DNA of 64,000 nucleotides, taken from assembly GCA_034722055.1 (NCBI GenBank), contig JAYENL010000221.1, positions 1-64,000 on the forward strand. Direction: 5' to 3'. The notes beneath the pieces are model-generated. The model searched no databases. It saw nothing but the letters and a program-made list of their open reading frames with translations, and was not told the origin of the DNA. The translations under genes and the position numbers were made by a program. This stretch comes from Armatimonadota bacterium (lineage in GTDB: Bacteria; Armatimonadota; Zipacnadia; Zipacnadales; UBA5352). Shown in pieces: positions 1-10,338 of this stretch. Positions within the stretch are counted from its first letter, which is position 1. Each line of letters starts with the position of its first letter.

Positions 1-280
1 GCGCCCGGTCGTTTTCGCTGGGCGTTGAGCAGACATAAAAAACGGCGGACGGACAGGAGTGTCCGTCCCACGGAACGGCAGACGACGTCCCACCTTCGCG
101 TACGTCGGGCTTCCGGCCCGACCGCCGTCTGTCGCGCCATTTGGGGAGCGCGACTACGCTCGCGCCCGGTCGTCGTCGCTGGGCGTTGAGCAGACGGAAA
201 ACGGCGGACGGACAGGAGTGTCCGTCCCACGGAACGGCAGACGACGTCCCACCTTCGCGTAGGTCGGGCTTCCAGCCCGA
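1..280. repeat. ~161-bp-period direct repeat (1-120 vs 162-280) carrying two REP-like hairpins (BIME-like)
   Basis: GCGCCCGGTCG...GGCGTTGAGCAGAC...AACGGCGGACGGACAGGAGTGTCCGTCCCAC...CGTA(C/G)GTCGGGCTTCC(G/A)GCCCGA occurs from 1 and again from 162. It may continue left of the window. Confidence 0.85.
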
Positions 281-425
281 GAAGGGCAAACGGTGTGCGG
301 AGGAGGGCCTCCGCACCACGGAGACGAGTGTGCGGAGACTCGGAAGCGAGCCAGGTCGCGCAGTTCCCCGGAGACCTTCGGTCTCACGCGGTCTGCCTGG
401 GAGCCTGCGTGCCACGGAACTGAGG

Positions 426-587
426 TCACTCTTCCGCTTCGTCCTCAGCGGGCCCTTCGGCGTCCCGGCCGCCGGCGATCTCCGCCACGTAGTCGTGGAT
501 GGGCCCGCGCTTGATGAACAGGAACTCCGCGATGAGCAGGCCCAGGAAGATAGCGGCGATCGACCACAGGATGCCCTGCTGGGTCAC
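426..587 (-). CDS. small single-TM membrane protein (~53 aa)
   Basis: GTG start after a GAAGGA SD-like motif; hydrophobic ILWSIAAIFLGLLIAEFLF segment followed by an acidic tail; co-oriented downstream of the ligD genes. Confidence 0.55.
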   Translation of the reverse strand: MTQQGILWSIAAIFLGLLIAEFLFIKRGPIHDYVAEIAGGRDAEGPAEDEAEE

Positions 588-668
588 GTGATAGCGATGA
601 CTTCCTTCAGTCCCACCCTCTGCCCCGCGTCTGAGTCGTGCTCCGGGATGTCGCCTCACGCCCCTCCA

Positions 669-1583
669 TCAGCGCTCATCGTCGAGGAGCCTGTCGAGCT
701 TCTCGCGCGGCCCGTCCAGCGAGCGGGCGCGTCGCATCATCCCCGCCCAGGGGTCATCCTTCTGCGCCAGCCGGCGGGGAATGCTCTGGATCGTCCAGTC
801 GCGCGGGCCCAGATCGCTGTCGCGGACCTCGTGCCAGTCCAGCGGCGTCGCCACCGGCGCCCCGGGCCGCGCCCGCACCGCGTAGGGCGCCACCGACGTG
901 GCCCCGTAGGAGTTGCGCAGCACGTCCAGGAACAGCCGGCCCCGCCGCTTCTTCTTGCGCTGCTCCAGCGTGTAGTCATCGGGGCTGCGATGCACCAGCA
1001 GCTCGGCGAGGTCATGCGCGAACTCCCGGACGGTGTCGAAGTCGTGGCCCCGGCGTAGCGGCACGATGATATGGAGGCCCTTGGAGCCGGTGGTCTGCAC
1101 GAAGGCCGCCAGCCCTACCTTCTCCAGCACCTCCTGCAGTTCCAGGGCCGCCCGGCGCACCGGCTCGAAGTCCCGGCTGTCCCCCGGCGGATCGAGGTCG
1201 TAGATCATCCTGTCGGGCCGCTCCAGGTCATCGCTGCGCGACAGATACAGGTGCGGAGTGAGCACCGCCTGGTTGGCCAGGTAGACCAGCGCCGCCGCGC
1301 TGTCCACGATGGGCGCCTCGAAGCTGCCGCCCTCGCGCTTGGGGAAATGGACGGTCTGGATCCAGTCCGGGAAGTAATCGGGCGTGTTCTTGTTGTAGAA
1401 GCCTGAGCCCTGCAGCCCATCGGGGAAGCGCTGCATGCTCACGCCGTAGCGCTTCATGTGCGGGACCATCACGTCGGCGACGCCCGCGTAGTAGTCGATG
1501 ACGTCGCCCTTGGTCAGCCCGGCGTCGGGAAAGAAGACCTTCTCGCGGCTGGAGATCTCGATCTCGCGCCCGCCGATCCTCAT
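669..1583 (-). CDS. ligD: NHEJ polymerase, LigD Pol (AEP/primase-like) domain as a stand-alone protein
   Basis: KVFFP..GLTKGDVIDYY, RFPDG, PDRMIYDLDP, TTGSKGLH, YAVRARPGAPVATPLDW; start trimmed to MRIGG at 1583. Confidence 0.92.
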   Translation of the reverse strand: MRIGGREIEISSREKVFFPDAGLTKGDVIDYYAGVADVMVPHMKRYGVSMQRFPDGLQGSGFYNKNTPDYFPDWIQTVHFPKREGGSFEAPIVDSAAALVYLANQAVLTPHLYLSRSDDLERPDRMIYDLDPPGDSRDFEPVRRAALELQEVLEKVGLAAFVQTTGSKGLHIIVPLRRGHDFDTVREFAHDLAELLVHRSPDDYTLEQRKKKRRGRLFLDVLRNSYGATSVAPYAVRARPGAPVATPLDWHEVRDSDLGPRDWTIQSIPRRLAQKDDPWAGMMRRARSLDGPREKLDRLLDDER

Positions 1584-1590
1584 GCGCCGC

Positions 1591-2592
1591 TCACGCCTCC
1601 TTGTGCACGTCCTCGGGCTCCTTGTCGCGGCGCAGGCCCAGGTATCGAGGGTGCCGCAGCTTGTCGTCCTCCGTCCACTCCGTGAAGGCGACCTCACACA
1701 CCAGCGTCGGCGTCACGAAGTGCACGCCCTTGCCGCCGGCGTCACCAATGTCGAAGGGCGAGGTCTCCCGCTCCATCGATGAGAGGCGCTGGTGGAGGCT
1801 CCTGAGCGTGTCGTCGTCGAAGCCGGTGCCGACCTTGCCGGCGTAGACCAGCTCAGTATCGCGGTAGAAGCCCACCAGCAGGGCCCCGAAGCCGATGCGC
1901 TCGCCCTTGGGGTCCGTGTACCCGCCGATGACCAGCTCCTGCTGGTGGACGCACTTGAACTTCAGCCACTTGCGGGAGCGGCTGTGCACGTACTCCGAGC
2001 CCGCGTGCTTGGCGATGAGTCCCTCCCACCCGTTGTGGCAGGCTTCCTGGAGGTACTCCTCGCCATCCTCGTTGCGGTGCTGCGTCCAGCGAAGGGGGTC
2101 GTCCCAGCTCACGGCCGCCCGCAGCAGGCGCTTGCGCCCGCGCAGGCCGACGGCCGTGATGTCGTAGCCGTCGAGGTACATGCAGTCGAAGAGGTAGTAG
2201 TAGACCCGGACGTCGCTGTGCAGCGCCTCCTCGCGGCTGGAGACGTGCATGCGCTCCTGCAGGCGCTGGAAGTCGCTCACGTTCTCGTCGTCGAAGGCCA
2301 CCACCTCGCCGTCGAGGATGCAGCGCTGTGGCGCCTGCTCGGCGATGGCCTCCTCGACCTCCGGGTAGCTGTCGTTGATGCGCTTGCGGTTCCGCGACAT
2401 CAGCCGCACGTCGTCGCCGTCCCGATAGGCGATGACTCGCTCGCCATCCAGCTTGCGCTCGAAGAGCCAATCCGGGTCCGAGAAGTGCTCGTGGCTGAGC
2501 GTCGCCAGCATGGGGTCCATCCAGTCCGGCATGTCCGTCCTCTCAGCGGCCGCGCGCTGCTGGTCGGAGAGCCGGTCGAGCAGATCGCTCAC
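1591..2592 (-). CDS. ligD: ATP-dependent DNA ligase, LigD ligase domain as a stand-alone protein
   Basis: PMLATL, motif [51 protein letters not shown]. Confidence 0.93.
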   Translation of the reverse strand: MSDLLDRLSDQQRAAAERTDMPDWMDPMLATLSHEHFSDPDWLFERKLDGERVIAYRDGDDVRLMSRNRKRINDSYPEVEEAIAEQAPQRCILDGEVVAFDDENVSDFQRLQERMHVSSREEALHSDVRVYYYLFDCMYLDGYDITAVGLRGRKRLLRAAVSWDDPLRWTQHRNEDGEEYLQEACHNGWEGLIAKHAGSEYVHSRSRKWLKFKCVHQQELVIGGYTDPKGERIGFGALLVGFYRDTELVYAGKVGTGFDDDTLRSLHQRLSSMERETSPFDIGDAGGKGVHFVTPTLVCEVAFTEWTEDDKLRHPRYLGLRRDKEPEDVHKEA

Positions 2593-3218
2593 TCGTCCTC
2601 CTCCTCACCGGCGCCCTCGTCCTGGGCGATCTCCTCGATGGTGCGCCCGGTCTTCACTGACTGCGGCTCGGTGCTGGTGGGGTTGCGGCGGGCGTCGGCC
2701 TCATCGTCCCGCATCTTGATGAGCAGCCAGCGATCGTCGCCGCCGGTCCGGATCAACGCGTAGCCGCCGGAGAGCTTCTCCCCCTGAAGCCACACGGTGG
2801 CGTGGCCGTCCTCGATCTGCTCGGCCACCGACATGGGCTCCTCGTCGCCCTCGTCGTCCTCCTTGAGGTTCCGGTAGCTCCCCCGGTCCCAGAGGAGCAC
2901 CGTCCCGCCGCCGTACTCGCCCTCGGGGATGGCCCCCTCGAAGTCGGCGTACTCCAGGGGGTGATCCTCGGTGGGCATGGCCAGCCGCTTCTCCCGCGGG
3001 TCGGTGGACGGTCCCTTGGGCACCGCCCAGGATTTGAGCACCCCGTCCACCTCCAGCCTGAAGTCATAGTGCAGCGTGGAGGCGTCGTGCTTCTGGATGA
3101 CGAAGATGGGCCGCTCCTCGGCCCACTCGAACTCCACCTCCTCGCCCGCCGGCTCGGGGGTCCTCGCGAAGTCGCGCTTCTCCTGGTACTGCTTGAGCTT
3201 CTCGTCCGAGGGCGCCAT
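2589..3218 (-). CDS. ligD: LigD 3'-phosphoesterase (PE) domain as a stand-alone protein
   Basis: [58 protein letters not shown]; 4-nt overlap with the ligase start. Confidence 0.93.
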   Translation of the reverse strand: MAPSDEKLKQYQEKRDFARTPEPAGEEVEFEWAEERPIFVIQKHDASTLHYDFRLEVDGVLKSWAVPKGPSTDPREKRLAMPTEDHPLEYADFEGAIPEGEYGGGTVLLWDRGSYRNLKEDDEGDEEPMSVAEQIEDGHATVWLQGEKLSGGYALIRTGGDDRWLLIKMRDDEADARRNPTSTEPQSVKTGRTIEEIAQDEGAGEEEDE

Positions 3219-3376
3219 CGACCGCCACCCCTTCCGCGCGTGTTCTCATCATTAGACCGATTCTCCGGCCAGACGACTGCCTCCTGCCGCCGGGCAACGA
3301 TGGGCCATGGCAGGTATCGCGGCGCCGGACGGGGCATATGAACCGAAAGCGCAGTCCGCTTACGGAGGAGACTGGG

Positions 3377-6300
3377 ATGCGACGGCATGCTGCCCTGGCG
3401 GTCTTCACTGTGCTCATCGCCGCGCCGGCTCCGGCCCAGCGGTTCGAGCCCGTGCGCATCGATCTGCCGCCCGACCAGGCGGAGATCCTGCGCGCTACCT
3501 TCGATGCGGGGTACTCGGACTACTACGGTCGCGGCCTGGAGGCGGACATCGCGCGCAGCTCCCCGGATGTTTCGCTGCTCGCCTATGACCGCGGCAACAC
3601 CAAGGACATCGGCAACTACCGGGCCACCGACACCGATGGCGTGAAGGAGAAGGCGCTGTGGATCGAGCCCGGCCAGTCCCACCGCTACCACGCGCCGGCC
3701 AACGTGAACCTCCGCCGGGGGACGCTGGCCTTCTGGGTGCGCTTCGCCTACCCCGTCGGGGACGTGCACCACTCCATCCTCTCCATCGTGGCGGTGGGCC
3801 GCTCCGGGAGGCTGCTGGCGATCCGCGGCAGGTACAGGCGGATCCTCGTGCACGGGCCATGGGAGGGCAACTACGACTTCGAGGCCGCGCCGTGGGAGGC
3901 CGACACCTGGTATCACCTGGCGGTCTCCTGGGACGAGACCAGCGGCATCCGGTGCTACGTCAACGGGCAGTTCACGCGCGGAGCCGACGTCACATGGCAG
4001 ACCGAGGACCTGGAGCCGGACCGCATCATCCTCGGCTCGTGGAACCACTGGGGCGGCACCGAGCGCCCGCTGGCCATCGACGAGCTGCGCATCTTCTCGC
4101 GGGTGCTCACCGACGAGGAGGTCCAGGCGGTCTACGAGGGCGCCGACGAGCTGCCCGCGGTCGCCGCCGAGTTCACGCCCGAGGCGGCGGCCCACCGCGC
4201 CCGGTACCTCGGCTGGGAGGGCGCCGACCCCGTCGCTATCGAGCCGGCCGCGGAGGAGCGGACGCTGCTGGTCCGCCAGGCGGGCATCCGCGACGCGCGC
4301 GCTATCTACTCCCAGGCCTGGAAGGTCTGCGACGGCGACCGCGCCACGCGCTGGCCCCTGACCTACCACGGCTACAGCTTCCAGGACGAGGGCGGCCTGA
4401 TCGTGCATCTTCAGCCAGAGGAGCGCTGGAGCCACCTGCGCGTGCGCGGCCACGTCCGCGGCGAGCTGTTCGCGGGCGAGCACCTCACCCGCCCCGACGC
4501 CGAGCCCTGGATGCCCCTGCGAAGCCACGGCCCGCTGCTGACGCAGCGCGTCGAGCGGCCCATGGAACAGGCCGCGCTGACCTTCTTCGCCGACCCCGAG
4601 CGCGAGGCCGAGGAGGGCGAGGAGGCGCCGCCGCCGACGCGCGTCCGTGAGATTGGCTTCTACGACGTCGCCGAGGCCGACGCAGCCGGGCTTCCCGGCG
4701 ATCCGGAGGCCTACCACATCACCGCCGAGCCGTGGGCCGACTGGTCGTCCGAGATCGGCCGCATTATGCTCAGCAAGTACGAGACCTATGACCGGGCGGC
4801 CCTGCGCTGCGCCGCGGAGCCGGCCGGCGAGGCCCGCCTGCTGCCCATGGAGGCGATGCGCTACTACCATCTGATGCTGCCGCCAGGCGCCAGCGACCGC
4901 GCGCTCGGCGCGATCAGAGCCTCGCTGTGGTTCCGCGACCTGCAGCCCGGGACGGTTCTGTGGGCGCTGGTGGCTGATCCCATCATCCCCACGCGGCAGA
5001 TCGCGGACTTCGAGGTGCGCGCCGAGGGCCAGTGGGAGGGCCTGCAGCGGCTGGACCTGACCCTCGACACCCGGGACTACGTCATCCCCGAGGGTCGGCC
5101 GCTGTGGCTGCGGCTGATGGTCAGCCGGGACGCCGACCTGGTGTGGGATGCGGGAGAGCACCGCTCCCGCATCGAGCTGCTCATCGAGCCGGCCTCGGCG
5201 CTGGCTGGGGAGTACCGCCATGACCAGCTCGCCTTGGTCAAGGACCGGTTCATCGACGTCTCCGAGCCGCGGCCCTGGGGCCGGGTGCCCATGGACCAGC
5301 TCGCCGAGCGCGTGGGCGTGTTCATGGAGCTGCACCGGGCGCTGGCCGACCTGCACGCGCGCTTCCCCGATGACGAGTATGCCCGGGCGGTGCACATCTG
5401 GACGCATCCGGATGAGCCTGTGGATCGCAGCGGATTACAGCCGCCCACCGTCCCGGGGGCGCCGGAGTGGGCGACCTACCAGCGCGCCGCCCTCCGCAAG
5501 TACCTGGACTTCGTCCACTGGTGGATCGACCACCGTCAGGCGCCCAACGGCGAGTTCGGCCATGGCTACGGTGATGACACCGATCTGGTCAACGACTGGC
5601 TGACGCTGAGCATGACCTCCGATCCCGGCGGGCGCATCGCGGACTCCGTCCGCCGCCTCGCCGAGTTCTGCTGGACCTACCCCACGCTCGAGAGCGGCAT
5701 CAACCGCAACAGGACCGATCCGCTCCACGCCTACGAGGAGGGCGTCAACGTCATCTGCCGGGAGGCCGAGATGCATCACGGCAATCCCGTCTACCTCGAG
5801 CGCCTCATGCTCAGCACGCGCGCCGTGGACGAGCACCTCACGGGCATGACGCATGGCTTCCGGCACTTCAAGTCCAAGCTCTACGGGGCCACGCGCATCG
5901 AGACCGAGCCGCCCTATGGCCGCGACATCCTCTCCAGCACCCTGATGCTGCACCCGGCGCTCTACCTGGGCTGGTACTCGCGCAATCCGCGCGCGACCCG
6001 CCTGGTACGGGAGTACGGCGACGCGTGGCTGGATCTGCTGGAGGAGGCCTGGAGCAGCGAGGCGATCACCTCCACCAGCGCGAGAAAGCTGCCGTCGGAG
6101 GTGCGCTTCGCGGACCGGGAGGTGACCGGGCGCAGCAACGTCTTCCGCGGCTACGGGTCGGACAACATGTACGTGGCGCTGGCGGAGTGGACCGGTGAGG
6201 ACCGCTACTGGCTGCCCCAGCGGACCTGGCTGGCGCGCGAGATGCTCGACTCCATGATGGTCCCCGACATCGCCGAGCGCATGGACCTCTCCCAGCATCG

Positions 6301-7225
6301 CCAGTGGATCCTGGAGCGCGCGGAGGCCACCAGCTACGACGACCTCAACCCCCAGATGGGCAATGACTCCCGCACTCAGCTCCACTACGGAGCGTGGAAG
6401 CTGGGCGCCCCGCGGGAGCTGCTGCTGCGGGCGCTGCGGGACTCCTGGGAGCGCATCGAGCTGCTGTTCCCAATGCACACCTGGGTGGAGCAGTCCGCCG
6501 ACCGGGTGTGGATCTCCAAGGACCTGGTGGATCGCACGTACCTGGGCGGCACGCCGGGCTACCGCAACTACATCTACCCCACCCACTCCATCTCCTGGCG
6601 CGGCTTCTCGCCGGAGTTCGCCGCATGGGTGCTGGAGACGGGCGCCGACGGCCTGCGGCTGATGGCCTTCAACTTCGAGGAGCAGCCGCAGCGCGGGCGC
6701 GTGGAGGTGTGGCGGCTCGAGCCGGGGACCTACCGGATTGCGCTGGGCCCGGATGCGGACGAGGACGGCATCCCGGATGAGGCGACCTCCGAGCGGGGGC
6801 TTGAGCTGGCCAAGGGCGCGTCGATCGATATCGAGCTGCCCGCGCGCCGGGTGGTGGCGCTGGTCATCGAGCAGATCGAGGCGTCCGGCGAGGACTACTA
6901 CGCTCGCCCGGACCTCGCCATCTGCCCCCAGGACACGGTCATCGCCGAGGACGGGAGCGAGATCACCGTGCGCGTGCACAACGTCGGCGGGGGCCAGGCG
7001 CCGCAGTTCGCCGTGGAGGTGCGCGGCGATGACGGTAAGCCGCCGATGGAGGCCACCGCCGGGCCGCTGGAGGCGCCGGCTGACTGCATGCCGCGCGTGA
7101 TGGAGCTGACCTTCGACGTTCCCGAGGACCGGCGGGGACGGCAGTTCGACGTCCTCGTGGACCCGGCCAACGAGATCCGTGAGCTCTACGAGGGCAACAA
7201 CCTCGTCGAGCTCCCCGCGGGGTAA
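3377..7225 (+). CDS. large secreted protein: LamG-like jellyroll, probable (alpha/alpha) catalytic region and C-terminal CARDB-like domain
   Basis: GGAGGAG SD then a signal peptide ending APA-Q; GTLAFWVR, WYHLAVSWD, IDELRIFSRVLT (LamG); VRVHNVG...VDPANEIRELYEGNN (CARDB-like). Confidence 0.75.
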   Translation: MRRHAALAVFTVLIAAPAPAQRFEPVRIDLPPDQAEILRATFDAGYSDYYGRGLEADIARSSPDVSLLAYDRGNTKDIGNYRATDTDGVKEKALWIEPGQSHRYHAPANVNLRRGTLAFWVRFAYPVGDVHHSILSIVAVGRSGRLLAIRGRYRRILVHGPWEGNYDFEAAPWEADTWYHLAVSWDETSGIRCYVNGQFTRGADVTWQTEDLEPDRIILGSWNHWGGTERPLAIDELRIFSRVLTDEEVQAVYEGADELPAVAAEFTPEAAAHRARYLGWEGADPVAIEPAAEERTLLVRQAGIRDARAIYSQAWKVCDGDRATRWPLTYHGYSFQDEGGLIVHLQPEERWSHLRVRGHVRGELFAGEHLTRPDAEPWMPLRSHGPLLTQRVERPMEQAALTFFADPEREAEEGEEAPPPTRVREIGFYDVAEADAAGLPGDPEAYHITAEPWADWSSEIGRIMLSKYETYDRAALRCAAEPAGEARLLPMEAMRYYHLMLPPGASDRALGAIRASLWFRDLQPGTVLWALVADPIIPTRQIADFEVRAEGQWEGLQRLDLTLDTRDYVIPEGRPLWLRLMVSRDADLVWDAGEHRSRIELLIEPASALAGEYRHDQLALVKDRFIDVSEPRPWGRVPMDQLAERVGVFMELHRALADLHARFPDDEYARAVHIWTHPDEPVDRSGLQPPTVPGAPEWATYQRAALRKYLDFVHWWIDHRQAPNGEFGHGYGDDTDLVNDWLTLSMTSDPGGRIADSVRRLAEFCWTYPTLESGINRNRTDPLHAYEEGVNVICREAEMHHGNPVYLERLMLSTRAVDEHLTGMTHGFRHFKSKLYGATRIETEPPYGRDILSSTLMLHPALYLGWYSRNPRATRLVREYGDAWLDLLEEAWSSEAITSTSARKLPSEVRFADREVTGRSNVFRGYGSDNMYVALAEWTGEDRYWLPQRTWLAREMLDSMMVPDIAERMDLSQHRQWILERAEATSYDDLNPQMGNDSRTQLHYGAWKLGAPRELLLRALRDSWERIELLFPMHTWVEQSADRVWISKDLVDRTYLGGTPGYRNYIYPTHSISWRGFSPEFAAWVLETGADGLRLMAFNFEEQPQRGRVEVWRLEPGTYRIALGPDADEDGIPDEATSERGLELAKGASIDIELPARRVVALVIEQIEASGEDYYARPDLAICPQDTVIAEDGSEITVRVHNVGGGQAPQFAVEVRGDDGKPPMEATAGPLEAPADCMPRVMELTFDVPEDRRGRQFDVLVDPANEIRELYEGNNLVELPAG

Positions 7226-7453
7226 GGCACATGTGCCGGCGCCCGCTGATCATGATGACCATCCTCGTCGCCGCACACTTTCGGGAGCTTTATGGCGCGG
7301 TGGCCGAGTGAGTGCTGCCCCGCGCACGGCCCCTGAGCAACCAGCGGGCGCGAGCGTAGTCGCGAGCTGTGCTCTGGACGAATGCGGTGAAGGAGCGGAG
7401 AGGGACCGGCGCGAATCAGTCCCCGCAGGCAGCACAGACGAGGAGGAACCGCG

Positions 7454-8698
7454 ATGGCCATCGACCTCGACGCCAGCTTTCCGCGCTACGAGGAGCACGA
7501 TCCCGCCGGGCCGGTCTGGTGCATCACGCCGGAGGTGGACCGCTGCTTCCACCGCTTCTTCGACACCTCGCCGATCAGCCCGTCAGGCCGCTACGTGGGG
7601 CTCACGCGGCTGCCCGCCGAGGATCGCATGCCGCGCCCGGGCGAGCCCGCGGAGGTCGTGCTCGTGGACCTGGAGAGCGGCGAGTGGGAGGTGGTGGCGC
7701 AGACGCACGGGTGGGACACGCAGCTTGGAGCCCAGGTGCAGTGGGGCGCCTCCGACCGGGACCTGTTCTTCATCGACATGGACGTGGAGCGCTGGGACCC
7801 CTTCGGGGTGAAGATGGACCCCTTCACGGGGGAGCGCTATGACCTCCAGGGGCCGCTGTACATGGTCTCTCCCGACGGGGGCATGGCCGCCAGCCCCTGC
7901 CTCCGCCGCACCCGGCGCACGCAGCACGGCTACGGGGTCGTCGCGCCGGATGAGGCCATTCCCGTCAACGACGGGGCCCCCGACGATGACGGCCTCTACG
8001 TCACGGACACGACCACCGGCCAGGCGCGACTGCTGGTGTCCTTTGCCCAGATCGTGGACATGGCGCTCGACGCCGAGGAGTACGCGGACGGCGACTTCTA
8101 CGGCTTCCACGTCAAGTGGAGCCCACAGGGCGATCGGCTGATGTTCGTCGTGCGCTGGTCGCCGCACGGAGATGAGAGGTGGGCCGCGCGCCGCAACAAC
8201 GTCATCACCATGAGGGCGGACGGCGCTGAGATCACCTGCGCCATCCCGGCCGCGCAGTGGGGCAAGGGCGGCCATCATCCGAACTGGTGTCCCGACGGCC
8301 GGCGGGTGATGATGAACCTCAAGCTCGACAGGGAGACCATGCGGCTGGTGGCGGCGAGGTACGACGGGAGCGACCTGCAGACGCTAAATGATGAGATCGA
8401 GGGCTCGGGACATCCGGCCATGCACCCGGACGAGCGGCACGTCATCACCGACGAGTACGCCCACGGGTCGCTGGCCTGGGAGGATGGCACCACCCCGCTG
8501 CGGCTGCTGGACATCGACAGCGGTGAGGAGGTGCAGGTGGCGCGCATCCGCACCCGCCCCGACTTCGAGGGCGACCAGAAGGTGCTGCGCGTCGATCCCC
8601 ACCCCGCGTGGGGGCCGGATCACCGCCTGGTGACCTTCAACGCCTGCCCCACCGGTGGCCGAGACGTCTTCATCGCGGACCTGTCGGAGCTGCTGTAG
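7454..8698 (+). CDS. TolB-like/oligogalacturonate-lyase-like beta-propeller protein
   Basis: AGGAGG SD; repeated SPSGR/SPDG/WSPQGD/HPNWCPDG/DPHPAW blade motifs. Confidence 0.7.
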   Translation: MAIDLDASFPRYEEHDPAGPVWCITPEVDRCFHRFFDTSPISPSGRYVGLTRLPAEDRMPRPGEPAEVVLVDLESGEWEVVAQTHGWDTQLGAQVQWGASDRDLFFIDMDVERWDPFGVKMDPFTGERYDLQGPLYMVSPDGGMAASPCLRRTRRTQHGYGVVAPDEAIPVNDGAPDDDGLYVTDTTTGQARLLVSFAQIVDMALDAEEYADGDFYGFHVKWSPQGDRLMFVVRWSPHGDERWAARRNNVITMRADGAEITCAIPAAQWGKGGHHPNWCPDGRRVMMNLKLDRETMRLVAARYDGSDLQTLNDEIEGSGHPAMHPDERHVITDEYAHGSLAWEDGTTPLRLLDIDSGEEVQVARIRTRPDFEGDQKVLRVDPHPAWGPDHRLVTFNACPTGGRDVFIADLSELL

Positions 8699-8898
8699 CG
8701 CGCATTGCCGGTAGTGCTCGGTGGCGGAAGTTCGCGGAATATGCGGCCCCTCCATCGGGTCCGGCGCACGTCTTCGAGGCCGCGAAGCGCTCAGTGCGCT
8801 CGTCGTCAACGCGCGTGGAATTGGGCAAGTCAGCAGTGGCGACGCGCGTTTCCTCGGCACGGGCCGCACTGGATTCAGATACGTCTGAGGTGAGACAG

Positions 8899-10236
8899 AT
8901 GCGACCGATTCTGGCCGCACTCGTAGCAATCACCGCGATGACCGCGTGCAGCGCAGTCGCTCAGGAGGCCGAGAATCCGCTGGCCCAGGTTCTGCCCTAC
9001 GGGGTCTATGTGGGCGGGAATAACCCCGAGTGGCGGGCGGATGTCGGGGGGCGTGAGGGACTGAGGGAGGCCATCGATCGGGTCTGCGAGGACCTGGCGC
9101 GGCACAACATGAACTGCGCATGGCCCAACAACCTGCGCTGGGAGAACCTGCCTTTGTGGCTGGAAGCCGGCGAGCGCCACGGGGTGCGCATCATCCCGCA
9201 GGCCGGCGGGCCGCCGGGCTTCGTGCGCGCGCAGTGGTTCAAGGACAAGGAGGACTTCGCCAAGCGCGTGGAGCCCTTCTACGAGGACCTCGCCGACAAG
9301 TACGGCGATTCCGAGGCACTGCTGGCGTGGAGCCTGACGGAGGAGAACCGGCCGCTGGAGTGGTTCTACGAGGCCATCCGCGACCTTACCCGCAAGATGG
9401 CCCAGTGGGACCCGCAGCATCCGGTCATCACCATGGACAACCGCGCTCCGACGGCGTGGATGAATGCGCGTACCGTGCAGCCGAAGGCCTTCTGCCGCGA
9501 CGTCTACGTGTTCTTCACCGACGGGCTCAACGGCCCCGTCACCCCCATCGGCTTCGAGAGCCTGCTGCGCCGCGAGTGCCAGGTCTTCCGAGAGGCCGCC
9601 GATCACGCCGACGCGGTCTTCTGGATGATGGGCCAGGGCATGGCGCTGATCGGCCATGGGCCGGGCTCGGAGCGGCACGTCTACCGCTACCCCACGCCCG
9701 CCGAGATCCGCTGGCAGGTGTGGACGGCCCTGCAGGAGGGCGCCAAGGGCTTCTTCTACTTCATGTATGCGGGCCCGCAGGAGCCGCGCGAGCGCGGGGA
9801 GTTCATCGAGGGCCTCCGCGACCGGGACCTGCGCGAGACGCCGCAGTACGCCATGGCCGCGAAGGTGGGGCGGCAGCTTCAGGCCCTGGCGCCGATCCTG
9901 CTTGAGATCGAGCCCGCGCCGCCGCACCAGCGGGTCGTCTACTGGGAGAACACCCCGGTCAGTGCGCGCACCTTCGTCCACCAGGAGACCGGGCAGCGCT
10001 TCGTCATCGCGGTCAATAACGACTGCGCGGAGGTCCAGCGCGTGGGGATCGAGCTGGGCTACTTCCCGGGGATGATCGACGAGGGTGAGAAGCTCTTCGA
10101 TCTCCGGAGCCGGCAGGGCTACGACTACCAGGCCATCAAGCTGACCACGCTGCTGCCCGGCGACGGCACCATCTACTTCGTCGGTACCGATGAACAGTGG
10201 CAGGAGCTGTCGGCGGAGCTGTACGGGGAGCAATAG
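8899..10236 (+). CDS. secreted glycoside-hydrolase-like TIM-barrel protein
   Basis: Signal peptide MRPILAALVAIT..AVA-Q; LLAWSLTEE, DPQHP, PTPAEIRWQVWTALQEGAKGFFYF; start trimmed from the track ORF. Confidence 0.65.
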   Translation: MRPILAALVAITAMTACSAVAQEAENPLAQVLPYGVYVGGNNPEWRADVGGREGLREAIDRVCEDLARHNMNCAWPNNLRWENLPLWLEAGERHGVRIIPQAGGPPGFVRAQWFKDKEDFAKRVEPFYEDLADKYGDSEALLAWSLTEENRPLEWFYEAIRDLTRKMAQWDPQHPVITMDNRAPTAWMNARTVQPKAFCRDVYVFFTDGLNGPVTPIGFESLLRRECQVFREAADHADAVFWMMGQGMALIGHGPGSERHVYRYPTPAEIRWQVWTALQEGAKGFFYFMYAGPQEPRERGEFIEGLRDRDLRETPQYAMAAKVGRQLQALAPILLEIEPAPPHQRVVYWENTPVSARTFVHQETGQRFVIAVNNDCAEVQRVGIELGYFPGMIDEGEKLFDLRSRQGYDYQAIKLTTLLPGDGTIYFVGTDEQWQELSAELYGEQ

Positions 10237-10338
10237 CCCCGCCCACGGTTGCCTGAAGCGCGTCGGGCTGGAAGCTGAGGCACGTCGTCAGGCGCAGGCC
10301 GACCTGCGCGCATGATCCGGCTGCCAGGGCGCGAGTGC

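Noticed and set aside
669..3218. ligD pseudogene broken by frameshifts
   Set aside because: The breaks fall at domain boundaries, each ORF has its own start with SD-like sequence, and the catalytic motifs are intact.
2753..5407. 884-aa minus-strand ORF, and similar long antisense ORFs such as 22978-25731, 15064-17097, 39122-40915, 43324-45150 and 61737-63194
   Set aside because: These are shadow frames opposite well-supported genes, expected in high-GC DNA. They have no recognisable motifs and biased composition.
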